From NCBI GenBank assembly GCA_052390235.1, contig JBQTHB010000007.1:1-64000 (forward strand): a DNA stretch of 64,000 nucleotides, written 5' to 3'. Each line of letters starts with the position of its first letter. Position 1 is the first letter of the stretch. The notes under the pieces were generated by a model. The model was given only the letters and a program-made list of their open reading frames with translations, did no database searches and was not told where the DNA came from. The stretch comes from Deltaproteobacteria bacterium. Lineage in GTDB: Bacteria; Desulfobacterota_D; UBA1144; Nemesobacterales; CSP1-2. Positions 9,738 to 19,447 of this stretch are shown one piece after another. Both the position numbers and the translations under genes were made by a program.

Positions 9738-10183
9738 AAAAGCTCGCCATCGCAATTTTTATTGCCCTCGCGTATTCGGCATCGGCGGCGGACTCGTATC
9801 AGATAAAGCTCCCGAACGGGGTTATTATCCGAGCTGAAGTCGCTAAAGATAAGGCAAAGGGGCTATCCGGCAGGGAGTCGCTCTGCCCCGACTGCGGCAT
9901 GATTTTTATTTACGAGCGCGAGGGACACTACACTTTTTGGATGCGGGACACTCTCATCCCCCTTGCCATGATTTGGCTGGACGCCGAGGGGCGAGTGGTG
10001 CATATAGTCAAGGACGCTCCCCCGTGCAGAGCGAAGGAAAATCCCTACGGCGAGTGCCGTATGTATTCCCCATCTATCCCTGCGAAGTACGTGCTTGAGA
10101 CAAACCCCAAAGCCGCCGTCGGGGTGGAGCTTGGGATGAAGCTAAAAACAGTGTCTGAGCGAGCATCCCCGCCGCCGCGTTAG
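9734..10183 (+). CDS. DUF192 family exported protein
   Basis: Signal peptide; GMIF...FWMRDTLIPLAMIWLD...AKYVLE. Confidence 0.9.
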   Translation: MKKLAIAIFIALAYSASAADSYQIKLPNGVIIRAEVAKDKAKGLSGRESLCPDCGMIFIYEREGHYTFWMRDTLIPLAMIWLDAEGRVVHIVKDAPPCRAKENPYGECRMYSPSIPAKYVLETNPKAAVGVELGMKLKTVSERASPPPR

Positions 10184-10227
10184 GATTTGATGGGCGTCTG
10201 TGCCACGCGCGCGCGGCCGCCCGATTC

Positions 10228-11361
10228 TTATAGGAATCCCCTGAGGTATTTTCCGTGTCCCGAAGAGGCTATTTTCCTCAACGCCTCTTTCTCGATTTGT
10301 CTGATGCGCTCGCGCGTAACGCCGTGCTTTTTGCCTATCTCGTCGAGCGTGAACACGTTTTCCTGGTCTATGCCGAAGCGCATTTTAACGATTTCCTTCT
10401 CTCTGGGGTTGAGGAACGCGAGGGCTTCTATGATTCCGTGTTTAATTCCCCTCTGGGCGATTGCCGAATCCGCAAGAGGGGTGTTTGCGTCGGAGACAAA
10501 GTCGAGGAGGGTTTTATTCTCTCCATCTATCACTGGCGAATCGAGGTGGATTACGTCGTTTGCAATTTGCAGAATCTGCTTTACGCTCTGAGTGGACATC
10601 TTTAACTCTCTGGCGATTTCCGAGGGGAGGGGTTTTTGTCCGTTGCGCTTTTGAAGCTGCGCGCTCATTTTATATACCTTGCCCGCCTGTTCAAATAGGT
10701 ACACTGGAATCTTAATCGTCTTGGTTTGCTCTAGGAGCGCCCGTCCCAGCGCCTGATGTATCCACCACGAGGCGTAAGTGGAAAATTTAAATCCCTTTGT
10801 GTGGTCGAATTTCTCTACTGCCCGCATGAGTCCTATGTTGCCTTCTTGAATGAGGTCTGAGAACGGAAGCCCGCGCCCCATGTAACGTTTGGCGATATTT
10901 ACGACGAGCCTAAGGTTGGCTTTGACGAATCTCTCTTTGACGGCTTCTTTGCGCTCTAGTTGTCTGCGCAGTAGGGCTTGGAGCTGGACTAGATTCTCTT
11001 CGGATGCCTCTTCGTCCTCTCGCCTGCCGATAATCTCGGCTGTTTTCTTTACTTCAGCTTCGTGCCGTTTTATTTCGGCGGAAAGTTCGATTTCCTGTTT
11101 CGCCGTGAGGAGCGGCTCTATTACCATCTCCTTAAAATAGGCGTAGAGGAGTCTGTATTCCTCGTCGGGTATCCGCTCTTTCTCAGCGCTCTCGGTGGAT
11201 GAGTACTGCGGCGCTTCAAATTCCCCCTCGCCCTCGTCCATTCCCTCTTCAACTGAATCGCCGTCCAAATCGAGGGGCGATGGGGCGTCGTCCTCGTCTT
11301 GCTCCACCATAAACCCCCTGTAGCGGGCTACTTCGGCTCTTTGAATCTCTGCTCTTTTCAT
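10228..11361 (-). CDS. RpoD/RpoS-like sigma-70 factor lacking a canonical region 1.1
   Basis: [59 protein letters not shown]-rich RBS before ATG 11361 (start uncertain). Confidence 0.9.
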   Translation of the reverse strand: MKRAEIQRAEVARYRGFMVEQDEDDAPSPLDLDGDSVEEGMDEGEGEFEAPQYSSTESAEKERIPDEEYRLLYAYFKEMVIEPLLTAKQEIELSAEIKRHEAEVKKTAEIIGRREDEEASEENLVQLQALLRRQLERKEAVKERFVKANLRLVVNIAKRYMGRGLPFSDLIQEGNIGLMRAVEKFDHTKGFKFSTYASWWIHQALGRALLEQTKTIKIPVYLFEQAGKVYKMSAQLQKRNGQKPLPSEIARELKMSTQSVKQILQIANDVIHLDSPVIDGENKTLLDFVSDANTPLADSAIAQRGIKHGIIEALAFLNPREKEIVKMRFGIDQENVFTLDEIGKKHGVTRERIRQIEKEALRKIASSGHGKYLRGFL

Positions 11362-11827
11362 TGTATCTCTCTCCCTCTCTCTGCGAAAATGTTCCTGCCT
11401 AAATTCGGGGCGGCTTATCTCGTGGCGGCTTCTGGCTATTTGGATGCGCTCGGCGCCGTGGGCATCAGAAGAGTGGTTGCCAGCGAACTGAGCCGCGCCT
11501 ATGCCTGCCGGAGCCGAGATTGCCTCTCTGCGCCCCCTCTCTATAGAATTGATAATAGATTCTTGCGCGTATAGGAGCAATCAGACAAAATCCGATTTTT
11601 TTGTCAGTATTTGTCTTACAAATATTCACGATGCAAGATGCGCGGGTACGGGACGCGCTCCCTCAGCGGCGTAGCGGTTAGGAGACGGCAGAGTGGGGAA
11701 ATTCTGTCCATAAGCCAATAGAACCTTCAAAAGCCCCCTTAAGGCGGTATAATAGAAACCTCGAAACCAAACTCGCTTCGGAGCAATGGAATACGCGATA
11801 AAATTTAACAATTGGAAGGTTTCCTCA

Positions 11828-14800
11828 ATGAAAAAACACAGAACCCTCAAACCCTTTGCGAGAGTGATGGCGGCAAACCGGGGCGAAATTGCCATTCGCG
11901 TCTTTCGCGCCTGCACCGAGCTTGGCATCAGCACCATTGCCGTCTATGCCGAGGAAGATTCATTCTCGCTTCATCGCAACAAAGCCGACGAAGCCTATCT
12001 CATCGGCAGAGACAAGGGCCCAGTAGCCGCGTATCTCGACATCGAGGGGATAATTAAAATCGCCGTCGAGAAGAAAGTTGACGCGATACACCCCGGATAT
12101 GGCTTCCTATCCGAGAACGCCGAATTCGCCGCCGCCTGCCGCCGCGCAGGAGTGGTATTCATTGGGCCATCGCCTGAGGCCATCGCGCTCATGGGGGATA
12201 AAGCCGAGGGCAGACGCCTTGCCAAAAGTATCGGCGTGCCAATTGTTCCCGGCGCTGAGGGGTTTATCCAAAATGACGCCCAAGCCCTTGCCTTTGCCCA
12301 GATGTCGGGGTATCCGGCGCTACTTAAAGCCGCCCACGGCGGAGGCGGCAGGGGAATCCGAATCGCGCACGACGCAAAATCCCTGCTGGCGAATCTCGCC
12401 GAGGCGCGCTCGGAGGCGATGTCCGCATTCGGAAGCGACGCCATAATTCTCGAGAAATACATCGAAAATCCCAAGCACATCGAAGTGCAAGTGTTAGGGG
12501 ATGGCTACGGAGGGGTAGTTCACCTGTTCGAGAGGGACTGCTCCGTGCAGAGGAGGCATCAGAAGGTATCCGAACTCGCCCCGTCGCTCACCTTATCCGA
12601 GGATTTGAGGGAGCGAATCTACGCCGCCGCGCTTAAAATAGCCCGCGCCGTCAATTACACGAGCGCAGGCACGGTGGAGTTTCTGGTTGACCGAGAGGGG
12701 AACTTCTACTTTATCGAGATGAACACCCGAATCCAAGTCGAGCATACGGTAACCGAGGTCATCACAGGCATTGACCTGGTTCAAACCCAAATCCGCATTG
12801 CCGAGGGTTATAGGCTCTCAGACCCCGAAATCGGAATCCAGAAGCAGTCGGCAATCCGCACGAGGGGGTTTGCCCTTCAGTGCCGCATCACGACCGAGGA
12901 CTCGGCTAACAACTTTAGACCCGACATCGGACGCCTCACCGCATATCGCTCTCCTGGGGGATTTGGCATAAGACTCGACGCCGCAAGCGCCTATGCCGGG
13001 GCGGTCATCACGCCCTACTACGATTCTATGCTCGTAAAAGTAACCTCGTGGGGGCTTACATTCGAGCAGTGCATGGCGAAAATGGAGCGCGCGCTCATGG
13101 AATTTCGCATCAGAGGGGTCAAAACAAATATCCCCTTCCTGCTCAATGTCATCCGCCATCCGGTGTTCAGGCGCGGCGAATGCACGACGAAATTCCTCGA
13201 AGACCACAGGGAGATATTTGAGATTCGAGAACCCCGCGATAGGGCTACGAGAATCCTTGGCTTCATAGGGGATATATCCGTAAACCGCGTGCTGAATAGA
13301 CCCCCTGCTTGGGCCGAGAAGCCGCCGCTTAAACCCCGCGCTCCTCATCTGGAAAAACCCTCTTCTACTCTGCCGGAGCATCGCAGGGTTTTCCTCGAGC
13401 AGGGGGCGGGGGGGCTTTCCAGGTGGATTCTAGCTCAAAAGAGGCTTCTGGTAACCGACACCACTTTCCGCGACGCGCATCAATCCCTCCTTACGACGCG
13501 GATGAGAACCTACGATATGAAGCAGGTAGCCGAGGCGACGGCTGACATCGGGCGGGACATTTTTTCATTCGAGATGTGGGGCGGAGCGACTTTTGACGTG
13601 TGCATGAGATTTTTAAAAGAATGCCCGTGGGAGAGGCTCTCGGTTCTGCGTAAAGCGATGCCGCAGGCGATGTTTCAGATGCTCATCCGAGGGGCGAATG
13701 CCGTGGGCTACGCCAATTACCCCGATAACGTCGTGAGGGAGTTCATAAGGGAATCGGCTCTGCGGGGAATTGACATATTCCGAATATTTGACTGCTTCAA
13801 CTGGATTCCCAATATGAAAATCGCCGTCGAAGCCGCTATTCACACCGGCAAGGTCGTAGAGCCTGCGATTTGCTACACGGGCGACATCACAGACCCGAAG
13901 AGGGATAAATACTCGCTTCGCTATTACGTTGCCCTCGCAAAGGAGCTCGTCTCGATGGGGGCGCACATCATCGCCATAAAGGACATGGCGGGTCTGTGCA
14001 AGCCCTATGCGGCGGAGAAACTCGTGCGCGCTATAAAAGAGGAGTGCGGAGTGCCGATTCATTTCCACACCCACGCCACGAGCGGCAACGCCGAGGCTAC
14101 GGTAATTAAAGCCGCCGAAGCCGGTGTGGATATAGTTGACCTCGCTGTGAGCGCTATGTCGGGCGGCACGTCTCAGCCGAGCCTCAATGCGATTGTAGCG
14201 GCTTTGGAAGGCACGAAGCGCGACACTCGGATTGACGTTTCGGGGCTTCATAAGCTCGCCGCTTACTGGGAGGCAGTCAGGGATTACTACGCCCCTTTCG
14301 AGGGGGATATGAAGTCCTCCAACGCCGATGTCTATCTCTACGAAATTCCGGGGGGGCAGTATACAAATCTCCGCGCTCAGGCAGGGGCCGTGGGGCTTGG
14401 GGACAGGTGGGAGGATATAAAGCGCGCCTATACCGACGTGAACCGCCTGTTTGGGGATATTATCAAGGTAACGCCGTCGTCTAAAGTCGTTGGGGATTTG
14501 GCTTTATTTTTAGTTCAAAATAGCCTCTCGGCGGGGGACGTCCTGGAGAAATCGGCGCAGCTGAGCTTTCCTGAATCCGTCGTGGATATGATGAGGGGCA
14601 ATCTCGGCGAGCCGCCCGGAGGGTTTCCGCCGGAGGTTCAATCCGCCATCCTCAAGGGCGAGAAACCAATCGCCAAGCGCGCCGGAGAGCTTCTGCCCCC
14701 GGTGGATTTCGATGAGACGGCATCTGAGCTTGAAAAACGCCTTGGGCATCCCGTTGGGAGGCAGGACGTCTTATCGTATCTGCTCTATCCGAAGGTGTTT

Positions 14801-15286
14801 GAGGAATTTGATAAGCACCGCGCCCTGTTCGGGGATACCTCGGTCGTGCCGACGCCGACATTTCTCTACGGCATGGAGACAGGCGAGGAGATTCAGGTTG
14901 AAATCGAGGAGGGCAAGACGCTCCTGATTCGACTCTTTGCCGCCGGAGAGATTGAAGCCGACGGCAGGCGCCCCCTTCTTTTTGAACTCAACGGGCAACC
15001 CAGGCCGGTGAGAGTCCTGGATAAATCCGTCGAGGTCAAAGTGCAGGCGAGGACCAAAGCCGACGGCGACAAACCAGAGGAAGTGGGCGCGCCAATAAGC
15101 GGCAAGGTGGTCAAATTCTTCGTCAAGAAGGGCGATGTGGTAACGCGCGACCAGCCGCTCTTTGTGATAGAGGCGATGAAGATGCAGACCAACATCAAAT
15201 CGCTCAAGACGGGCGTTATCGAGAAGATTCTCATCGCCGAGGGCGAGGGCGTTGACGCTGGGGATTTAGTCCTAAGCCTAGCTTAA
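11828..15286 (+). CDS. pyc: Pyruvate carboxylase
   Basis: ANRGEIAIRV biotin carboxylase start, DTTFRDAHQSLL carboxyltransferase, EAMKM biotinyl motif. Confidence 0.98.
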   Translation: MKKHRTLKPFARVMAANRGEIAIRVFRACTELGISTIAVYAEEDSFSLHRNKADEAYLIGRDKGPVAAYLDIEGIIKIAVEKKVDAIHPGYGFLSENAEFAAACRRAGVVFIGPSPEAIALMGDKAEGRRLAKSIGVPIVPGAEGFIQNDAQALAFAQMSGYPALLKAAHGGGGRGIRIAHDAKSLLANLAEARSEAMSAFGSDAIILEKYIENPKHIEVQVLGDGYGGVVHLFERDCSVQRRHQKVSELAPSLTLSEDLRERIYAAALKIARAVNYTSAGTVEFLVDREGNFYFIEMNTRIQVEHTVTEVITGIDLVQTQIRIAEGYRLSDPEIGIQKQSAIRTRGFALQCRITTEDSANNFRPDIGRLTAYRSPGGFGIRLDAASAYAGAVITPYYDSMLVKVTSWGLTFEQCMAKMERALMEFRIRGVKTNIPFLLNVIRHPVFRRGECTTKFLEDHREIFEIREPRDRATRILGFIGDISVNRVLNRPPAWAEKPPLKPRAPHLEKPSSTLPEHRRVFLEQGAGGLSRWILAQKRLLVTDTTFRDAHQSLLTTRMRTYDMKQVAEATADIGRDIFSFEMWGGATFDVCMRFLKECPWERLSVLRKAMPQAMFQMLIRGANAVGYANYPDNVVREFIRESALRGIDIFRIFDCFNWIPNMKIAVEAAIHTGKVVEPAICYTGDITDPKRDKYSLRYYVALAKELVSMGAHIIAIKDMAGLCKPYAAEKLVRAIKEECGVPIHFHTHATSGNAEATVIKAAEAGVDIVDLAVSAMSGGTSQPSLNAIVAALEGTKRDTRIDVSGLHKLAAYWEAVRDYYAPFEGDMKSSNADVYLYEIPGGQYTNLRAQAGAVGLGDRWEDIKRAYTDVNRLFGDIIKVTPSSKVVGDLALFLVQNSLSAGDVLEKSAQLSFPESVVDMMRGNLGEPPGGFPPEVQSAILKGEKPIAKRAGELLPPVDFDETASELEKRLGHPVGRQDVLSYLLYPKVFEEFDKHRALFGDTSVVPTPTFLYGMETGEEIQVEIEEGKTLLIRLFAAGEIEADGRRPLLFELNGQPRPVRVLDKSVEVKVQARTKADGDKPEEVGAPISGKVVKFFVKKGDVVTRDQPLFVIEAMKMQTNIKSLKTGVIEKILIAEGEGVDAGDLVLSLA

Positions 15287-15349
15287 GCCGCCGCTCTTTG
15301 CGTGGCGGGGGCGGTTCATCCGTTATTTGCTGATTAATTAGGAGCGCAG

Positions 15350-16330
15350 ATGCCGAGTATAAAAGAGACCCGAAACCAGATGATTCAATTCGTATTTCCT
15401 GAGCATGCCAATAACCTCGGCACTCTCCACGGCGGCAGGCTCATGGACTGGATAATGCTTGCGGCGAGCATCACGTCCTCCAGACTCGCCAAGGGGATAA
15501 CGGTTCTTGGGAACGCCGACAGCATTGATTTTATCAACCCCGTGAGAGTGGGGGAGATTCTCATCCTCGATAGCTGGGTTGAATACGTCGGCACAAGCTC
15601 CATGGAGATAGGCGTCAGAGTCCGCTCGGAAAATCCTGAAACCGGAGAACTCAAGCACACGACCTCATCTCATCTGGCTTTTGTCGCTGTTGACAACGAC
15701 GGCAAGCCTAGGGAGATAAAACAAAAAATCACCCCTGCCGACCCCGATGAGCGGGCGATTTACCACGAGGCGCAGAGGCGTAAGGGCGAGCGCGTAGCCA
15801 GAGCGCTGAATAAAAAAAGCTCCCGTCTTGCCGACGCGCTCGAGGCGGCGAGATTTAAACTGGAGACCATAAAACCGGTTCTCCCCGAAGACGCTTTCTA
15901 CGGCAGTTTTCTATCAGTGGGCAAGCTAATGAAGGATGTGGACGAGGTCGGGGCTATACTCGCCGCAAGGGTTGTAAGGGGCTCTATTGTTACCGGCTCG
16001 GTTGACGATCTGTGGTTTTATTCTCCCATAAAAGTCGGCGAGGTCGTGATTTTCATGGCGGGAATCACATATACAGGCAAAGCATCGCTGGAGATCGGGG
16101 TCAAAATTTTCTCCGAGAATCTGACCGAGGGCATAAGGAAACACACCTCCACCGCGTATCTGAGCTTTGTTCATGTCGGAGCGGACGGCAGGCCGAGATT
16201 TATAAAACCGTTCACGCCCGAAACCCCCGCCGAGATTACCCTTTGGCAGCAAGCCGAGGAGCGAAAGCGGATTCGCGCCGAGAGGGTATATCGCATTAAA
16301 CAGGCGGCGGACTTATTTCTGGCAAGATAG
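15350..16330 (+). CDS. Double hot-dog acyl-CoA thioesterase
   Basis: VFPEHANNLGTLHGGRLMDW and a second hot-dog repeat. Confidence 0.9.
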   Translation: MPSIKETRNQMIQFVFPEHANNLGTLHGGRLMDWIMLAASITSSRLAKGITVLGNADSIDFINPVRVGEILILDSWVEYVGTSSMEIGVRVRSENPETGELKHTTSSHLAFVAVDNDGKPREIKQKITPADPDERAIYHEAQRRKGERVARALNKKSSRLADALEAARFKLETIKPVLPEDAFYGSFLSVGKLMKDVDEVGAILAARVVRGSIVTGSVDDLWFYSPIKVGEVVIFMAGITYTGKASLEIGVKIFSENLTEGIRKHTSTAYLSFVHVGADGRPRFIKPFTPETPAEITLWQQAEERKRIRAERVYRIKQAADLFLAR

Positions 16331-16437
16331 CTCGTTTAGGATTGAGAAAGTAAGTTTGGGATGAGGGGAATGGGTTAGAATTGAGGCGGCGGATTTCACC
16401 GCGTCTCGGAGTGGGTATTCAATATAGAGCAGAGCGT

Positions 16438-17775
16438 TTACCCGTTCTCTTCTTCTTTCTCTGCAATTTTCCCTATAAAGAGTTGCGAGACCCACTGCTG
16501 GATGCTCTTCTCTGATACTCTGCCTATCTGCTTTCTCACATTTTTGAGCGGGATGACCGCTTTGGCGGCGGAGCGATGCCCTCCAGCGCTTCCGATGTCC
16601 TTGAAAAGCTCCCTCACGATGCGCCCCGCGCTCTTGACGTATCCCACGTTTCTGACCGAAATTATCAGGTGAGTTCTACTCAGCACGCCGAACGCCACAG
16701 ACCAGTCAACCCCCTTTACCTGTATCCCGAAATCCGCCATTTTGGGGATGAGATATTCTCTATCCACTTTTCCGAGGTTAACGAAGAAAATCCCGTCAGA
16801 AATTATGTGGTTTGCCAGCGCCTCGCCGAAGCGCTGAATCTCGCAGGGGGGCATCTCGGCGCGCTCAATTCGCTTGAGCAGTCCGAGGTTTGCAAGCGGA
16901 TAGAGAAACGTGAACGAGGCTACGTCGTCGGGGTTTGCCTCGCGGTTTAGAGATACGGTGTCGGTTTTTATCCCATAGAGGAGCGCCGTGGCGAGTCGTT
17001 CGGATATTTCTGCCTGCGCCGCTCGGAGGTACTTCGTGAGAATAGTGGAGGTCGCGCCCTCTTGGACTTTGACCTCCGAGAACCGCGTTCTGTACGAGCC
17101 TACCAGCGGGTGGTGGTCAATTACGGTGTCAACCTGAGCGAGGAGGTTTCCAAAATACGGCGGCTGAACGTCAACAAGGGCAATGGAATCAAACCCCTTT
17201 ATATCGGTTGTATCTAGTTTCTCAAGGTCAATGTCTAGAAGCTCAATCATGGCAACGTTCTCGGGGCGCGAGATTTCCTCTCCCAAGTGTCCAATGACTG
17301 TCGTCTGGCGGTTTCTCCTGAGCAGAGCCCTCAGCGCAAGCGCGCTTGCAATGGAATCCGGGTCGGGATTGTCGTGCAGTAGAATCAACATTTTTTTCGT
17401 ATCGGCGTGGATGGCCCTTAGCTCTTCGACGCGGATGTTGATTTTTGCGAGCTTCTCTTCTCTATCAATTTCGCTGGAGAGCATTTTGTGGAATGGAACG
17501 AATCTGACCGAAGGCGGGGCATCGGCGGGTTTTTCGCCGTTGCTGATGATGATGGGGGTTTGCGGGTAATGCCTGCCAAGCTCTCTTGAAACTTCGGCCG
17601 AGAACACGCCTTTTTCAAGCACGATGGCGCTGAAATTTCCGGTTTGATTCAGCGCCTCTTCCATTGAGCTGACCCAGATGACCTCCCCTCGTTTTGAGAA
17701 AAGCCCGATGAGAAGCGAATCAAAGTCCCCTATGAATAAATATCGTTTGAGTTCTGTCCCCATGGTCTTTATCAC
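16438..17775 (-). CDS. DHH/DHHA1 family phosphoesterase
   Basis: HDNPDPDSIASA, IDHH, GIKTDT, AGGH. Confidence 0.9.
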   Translation of the reverse strand: MIKTMGTELKRYLFIGDFDSLLIGLFSKRGEVIWVSSMEEALNQTGNFSAIVLEKGVFSAEVSRELGRHYPQTPIIISNGEKPADAPPSVRFVPFHKMLSSEIDREEKLAKINIRVEELRAIHADTKKMLILLHDNPDPDSIASALALRALLRRNRQTTVIGHLGEEISRPENVAMIELLDIDLEKLDTTDIKGFDSIALVDVQPPYFGNLLAQVDTVIDHHPLVGSYRTRFSEVKVQEGATSTILTKYLRAAQAEISERLATALLYGIKTDTVSLNREANPDDVASFTFLYPLANLGLLKRIERAEMPPCEIQRFGEALANHIISDGIFFVNLGKVDREYLIPKMADFGIQVKGVDWSVAFGVLSRTHLIISVRNVGYVKSAGRIVRELFKDIGSAGGHRSAAKAVIPLKNVRKQIGRVSEKSIQQWVSQLFIGKIAEKEEENG

Positions 17776-17796
17776 TTCGCTGCGGCGCCCAGTTGC

Positions 17797-18597
17797 TCAG
17801 GGTTTTTTGCATCCGCCGCTGAGCCTGCCCGCCAGCTCAGATAAACCGCCGAGGAGACGCTCGCTGTCAGAGCCGTTTTCCTCAATTATGCGAACCAGAG
17901 CGCTTCCCACGATGACGGCGTCGGCAAAGGTTGAAATCCTCGCTGCCTGCTCTGCGGAGGACACGCCGAATCCTACGCCTACGGGGAGATTTATGATTTT
18001 GCGCACACCCGCCACAAGCTCCTCCAGCGAGTAGTTCATGTCGGGTCTCGCCCCTGTTACGCCCGTTACTGAGACGAGATATACAAACCCGCTTGCCCTC
18101 TCGGCGACGAGTTTTATCCTGTCTTCCGTGCTTGTGGGGGCGAGGAGAAATATAAAATCAAGCCCCGCTGCGTCGGTGTGGGATTTTAGCTTGCCGGCTT
18201 CTTCGGGCGGGAGGTCAACCACCAACACCCCGTCCGCTCCGGCTTCTTTGGCGTCGAGGGAGAATCTGCTAAGCCCGTAAGCGAGGAACGGATTGTAGTA
18301 CCCGAACAGGATTATCGGAATCTCGGATTTCTCTCTTATTGCTCTCACCGCATCGAGGGCATCGGCTAGGGTTGTGCCGTTTTTAAGAGACCTCTCCGAG
18401 GCGAGCTGTATCACTGGGCCATCGGCAATTGGGTCTGAGAACGGGATGCCGAGTTCTATAATATCTGCTCCGCTCCGCTCTAGGGCGAGGACTATTTCGG
18501 GGGTGAGACGAATATCCGGGTCTCCCGCCGTGATGTATGTAACTAGAGCCGCTTTGCCGATATTTTTGAGTTCTTCAAATTTGCGTTGGATTCTCAT
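17797..18597 (-). CDS. trpA: Tryptophan synthase alpha subunit
   Basis: IELGIPFSDPIADGPVIQ, VSVTGVTG, VGFGVS; ATG 18597 likely start. Confidence 0.98.
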   Translation of the reverse strand: MRIQRKFEELKNIGKAALVTYITAGDPDIRLTPEIVLALERSGADIIELGIPFSDPIADGPVIQLASERSLKNGTTLADALDAVRAIREKSEIPIILFGYYNPFLAYGLSRFSLDAKEAGADGVLVVDLPPEEAGKLKSHTDAAGLDFIFLLAPTSTEDRIKLVAERASGFVYLVSVTGVTGARPDMNYSLEELVAGVRKIINLPVGVGFGVSSAEQAARISTFADAVIVGSALVRIIEENGSDSERLLGGLSELAGRLSGGCKKP

Positions 18598-18663
18598 TTT
18601 ATTTGGCGCTGGAGGGATTATGGAAGATAAATTACGCGGGGTATTCATCTGAGTCCTGAGAGA

Positions 18664-18691
18664 AATTTAACCGTTTGCGGTGTTAAGTCAA
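18664..18691 (-). promoter_or_regulatory. Putative sigma70 promoter for trpA-DHH
   Basis: Minus strand TTGACT-N16-TAAATT. Confidence 0.45.
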
Positions 18692-18711
18692 GATTAAGGG
18701 GGCGCGTAGCA

Positions 18712-18741
18712 TTGCCTGCCTCTGGGTTTATTCGGTAGAAT
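18712..18741 (+). promoter_or_regulatory. Putative sigma70 promoter for the R-M pair
   Basis: TTGCCT-N18-TAGAAT. Confidence 0.45.
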
Positions 18742-18765
18742 TCATAGCGAGGGTTGCAGATAACA

Positions 18766-19446
18766 ATGACGCTGGATGAATTTGCGCAAAATTTTTACGC
18801 GCTCAGAGCTAAGGGATGGGTTCGCTCCGAGAGACGAGGCCCTACGGGAGTCGGGCAGACGCTGGAGAGGCACATCGGCTTGACCGAGAACAATATATCC
18901 TCGCCCGATTTGGACGGCATAGAACTAAAAGCTCATAGAATAAACTCATCTTCGATGATTACTCTCTTCACATTTAATAGAAAAGTTTGGAAGATGAAAC
19001 CGCTCGAAGCTGTTAAAACATACGGCACAACCGATGAAAATGGACGGCTCGGATTATACCTCACCCTATCTAGGACTCCTAATGGTTCAGGCTTATTCCT
19101 ACATATTGAACCCGATGCCATTTCTGTCAGGCATATCTCGGGGTGAATTATCGCCGAATGGCAACTGGAATCTCTCGCTATACGGTTTATTCAAAAGATG
19201 TCCACTTTGATATTTATATCGGCGTTTAGCGAAATGCGGGGCAATGTCGAGTGGTTTAAATTCGACCGGGCGCAAATACTGACGGCCACGTCGCCAGATA
19301 TTATCCGCAATCAAATCTCTGCCGGAAATGTGCTTGTTGACCTGCGGCTACACGATAAAATTACAAGCGCGCGCAATCACGGCACGGGCTTTCGAGTGTT
19401 TGAGGATAAGCTCGCCTTGCTGTTCGGCAGTGTGAGGGATATATAA
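18766..19446 (+). pseudogene. MvaI/BcnI-family type II restriction endonuclease with in-frame TGA at 19144-19146
   Basis: GVGQTLERHIGLTENN..PD...IELK..MITLFT in the first half and VDLRLH..RNHGTGFR in the second; both track ORFs share one frame (17 sense codons between the TGA and ATG 19198). Confidence 0.85.
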
Positions 19447-19447
19447 A

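Noticed and set aside
11362..11580. 73-aa N-terminal extension of the sigma factor given by the ORF track
   Set aside because: Starts at a TTG with no RBS; ATG 11361 has a purine-rich RBS.
19144..19146. TGA as selenocysteine or an alternative genetic code
   Set aside because: Not a Cys-type position, no obvious SECIS hairpin follows, and TGA terminates many other genes in the window.
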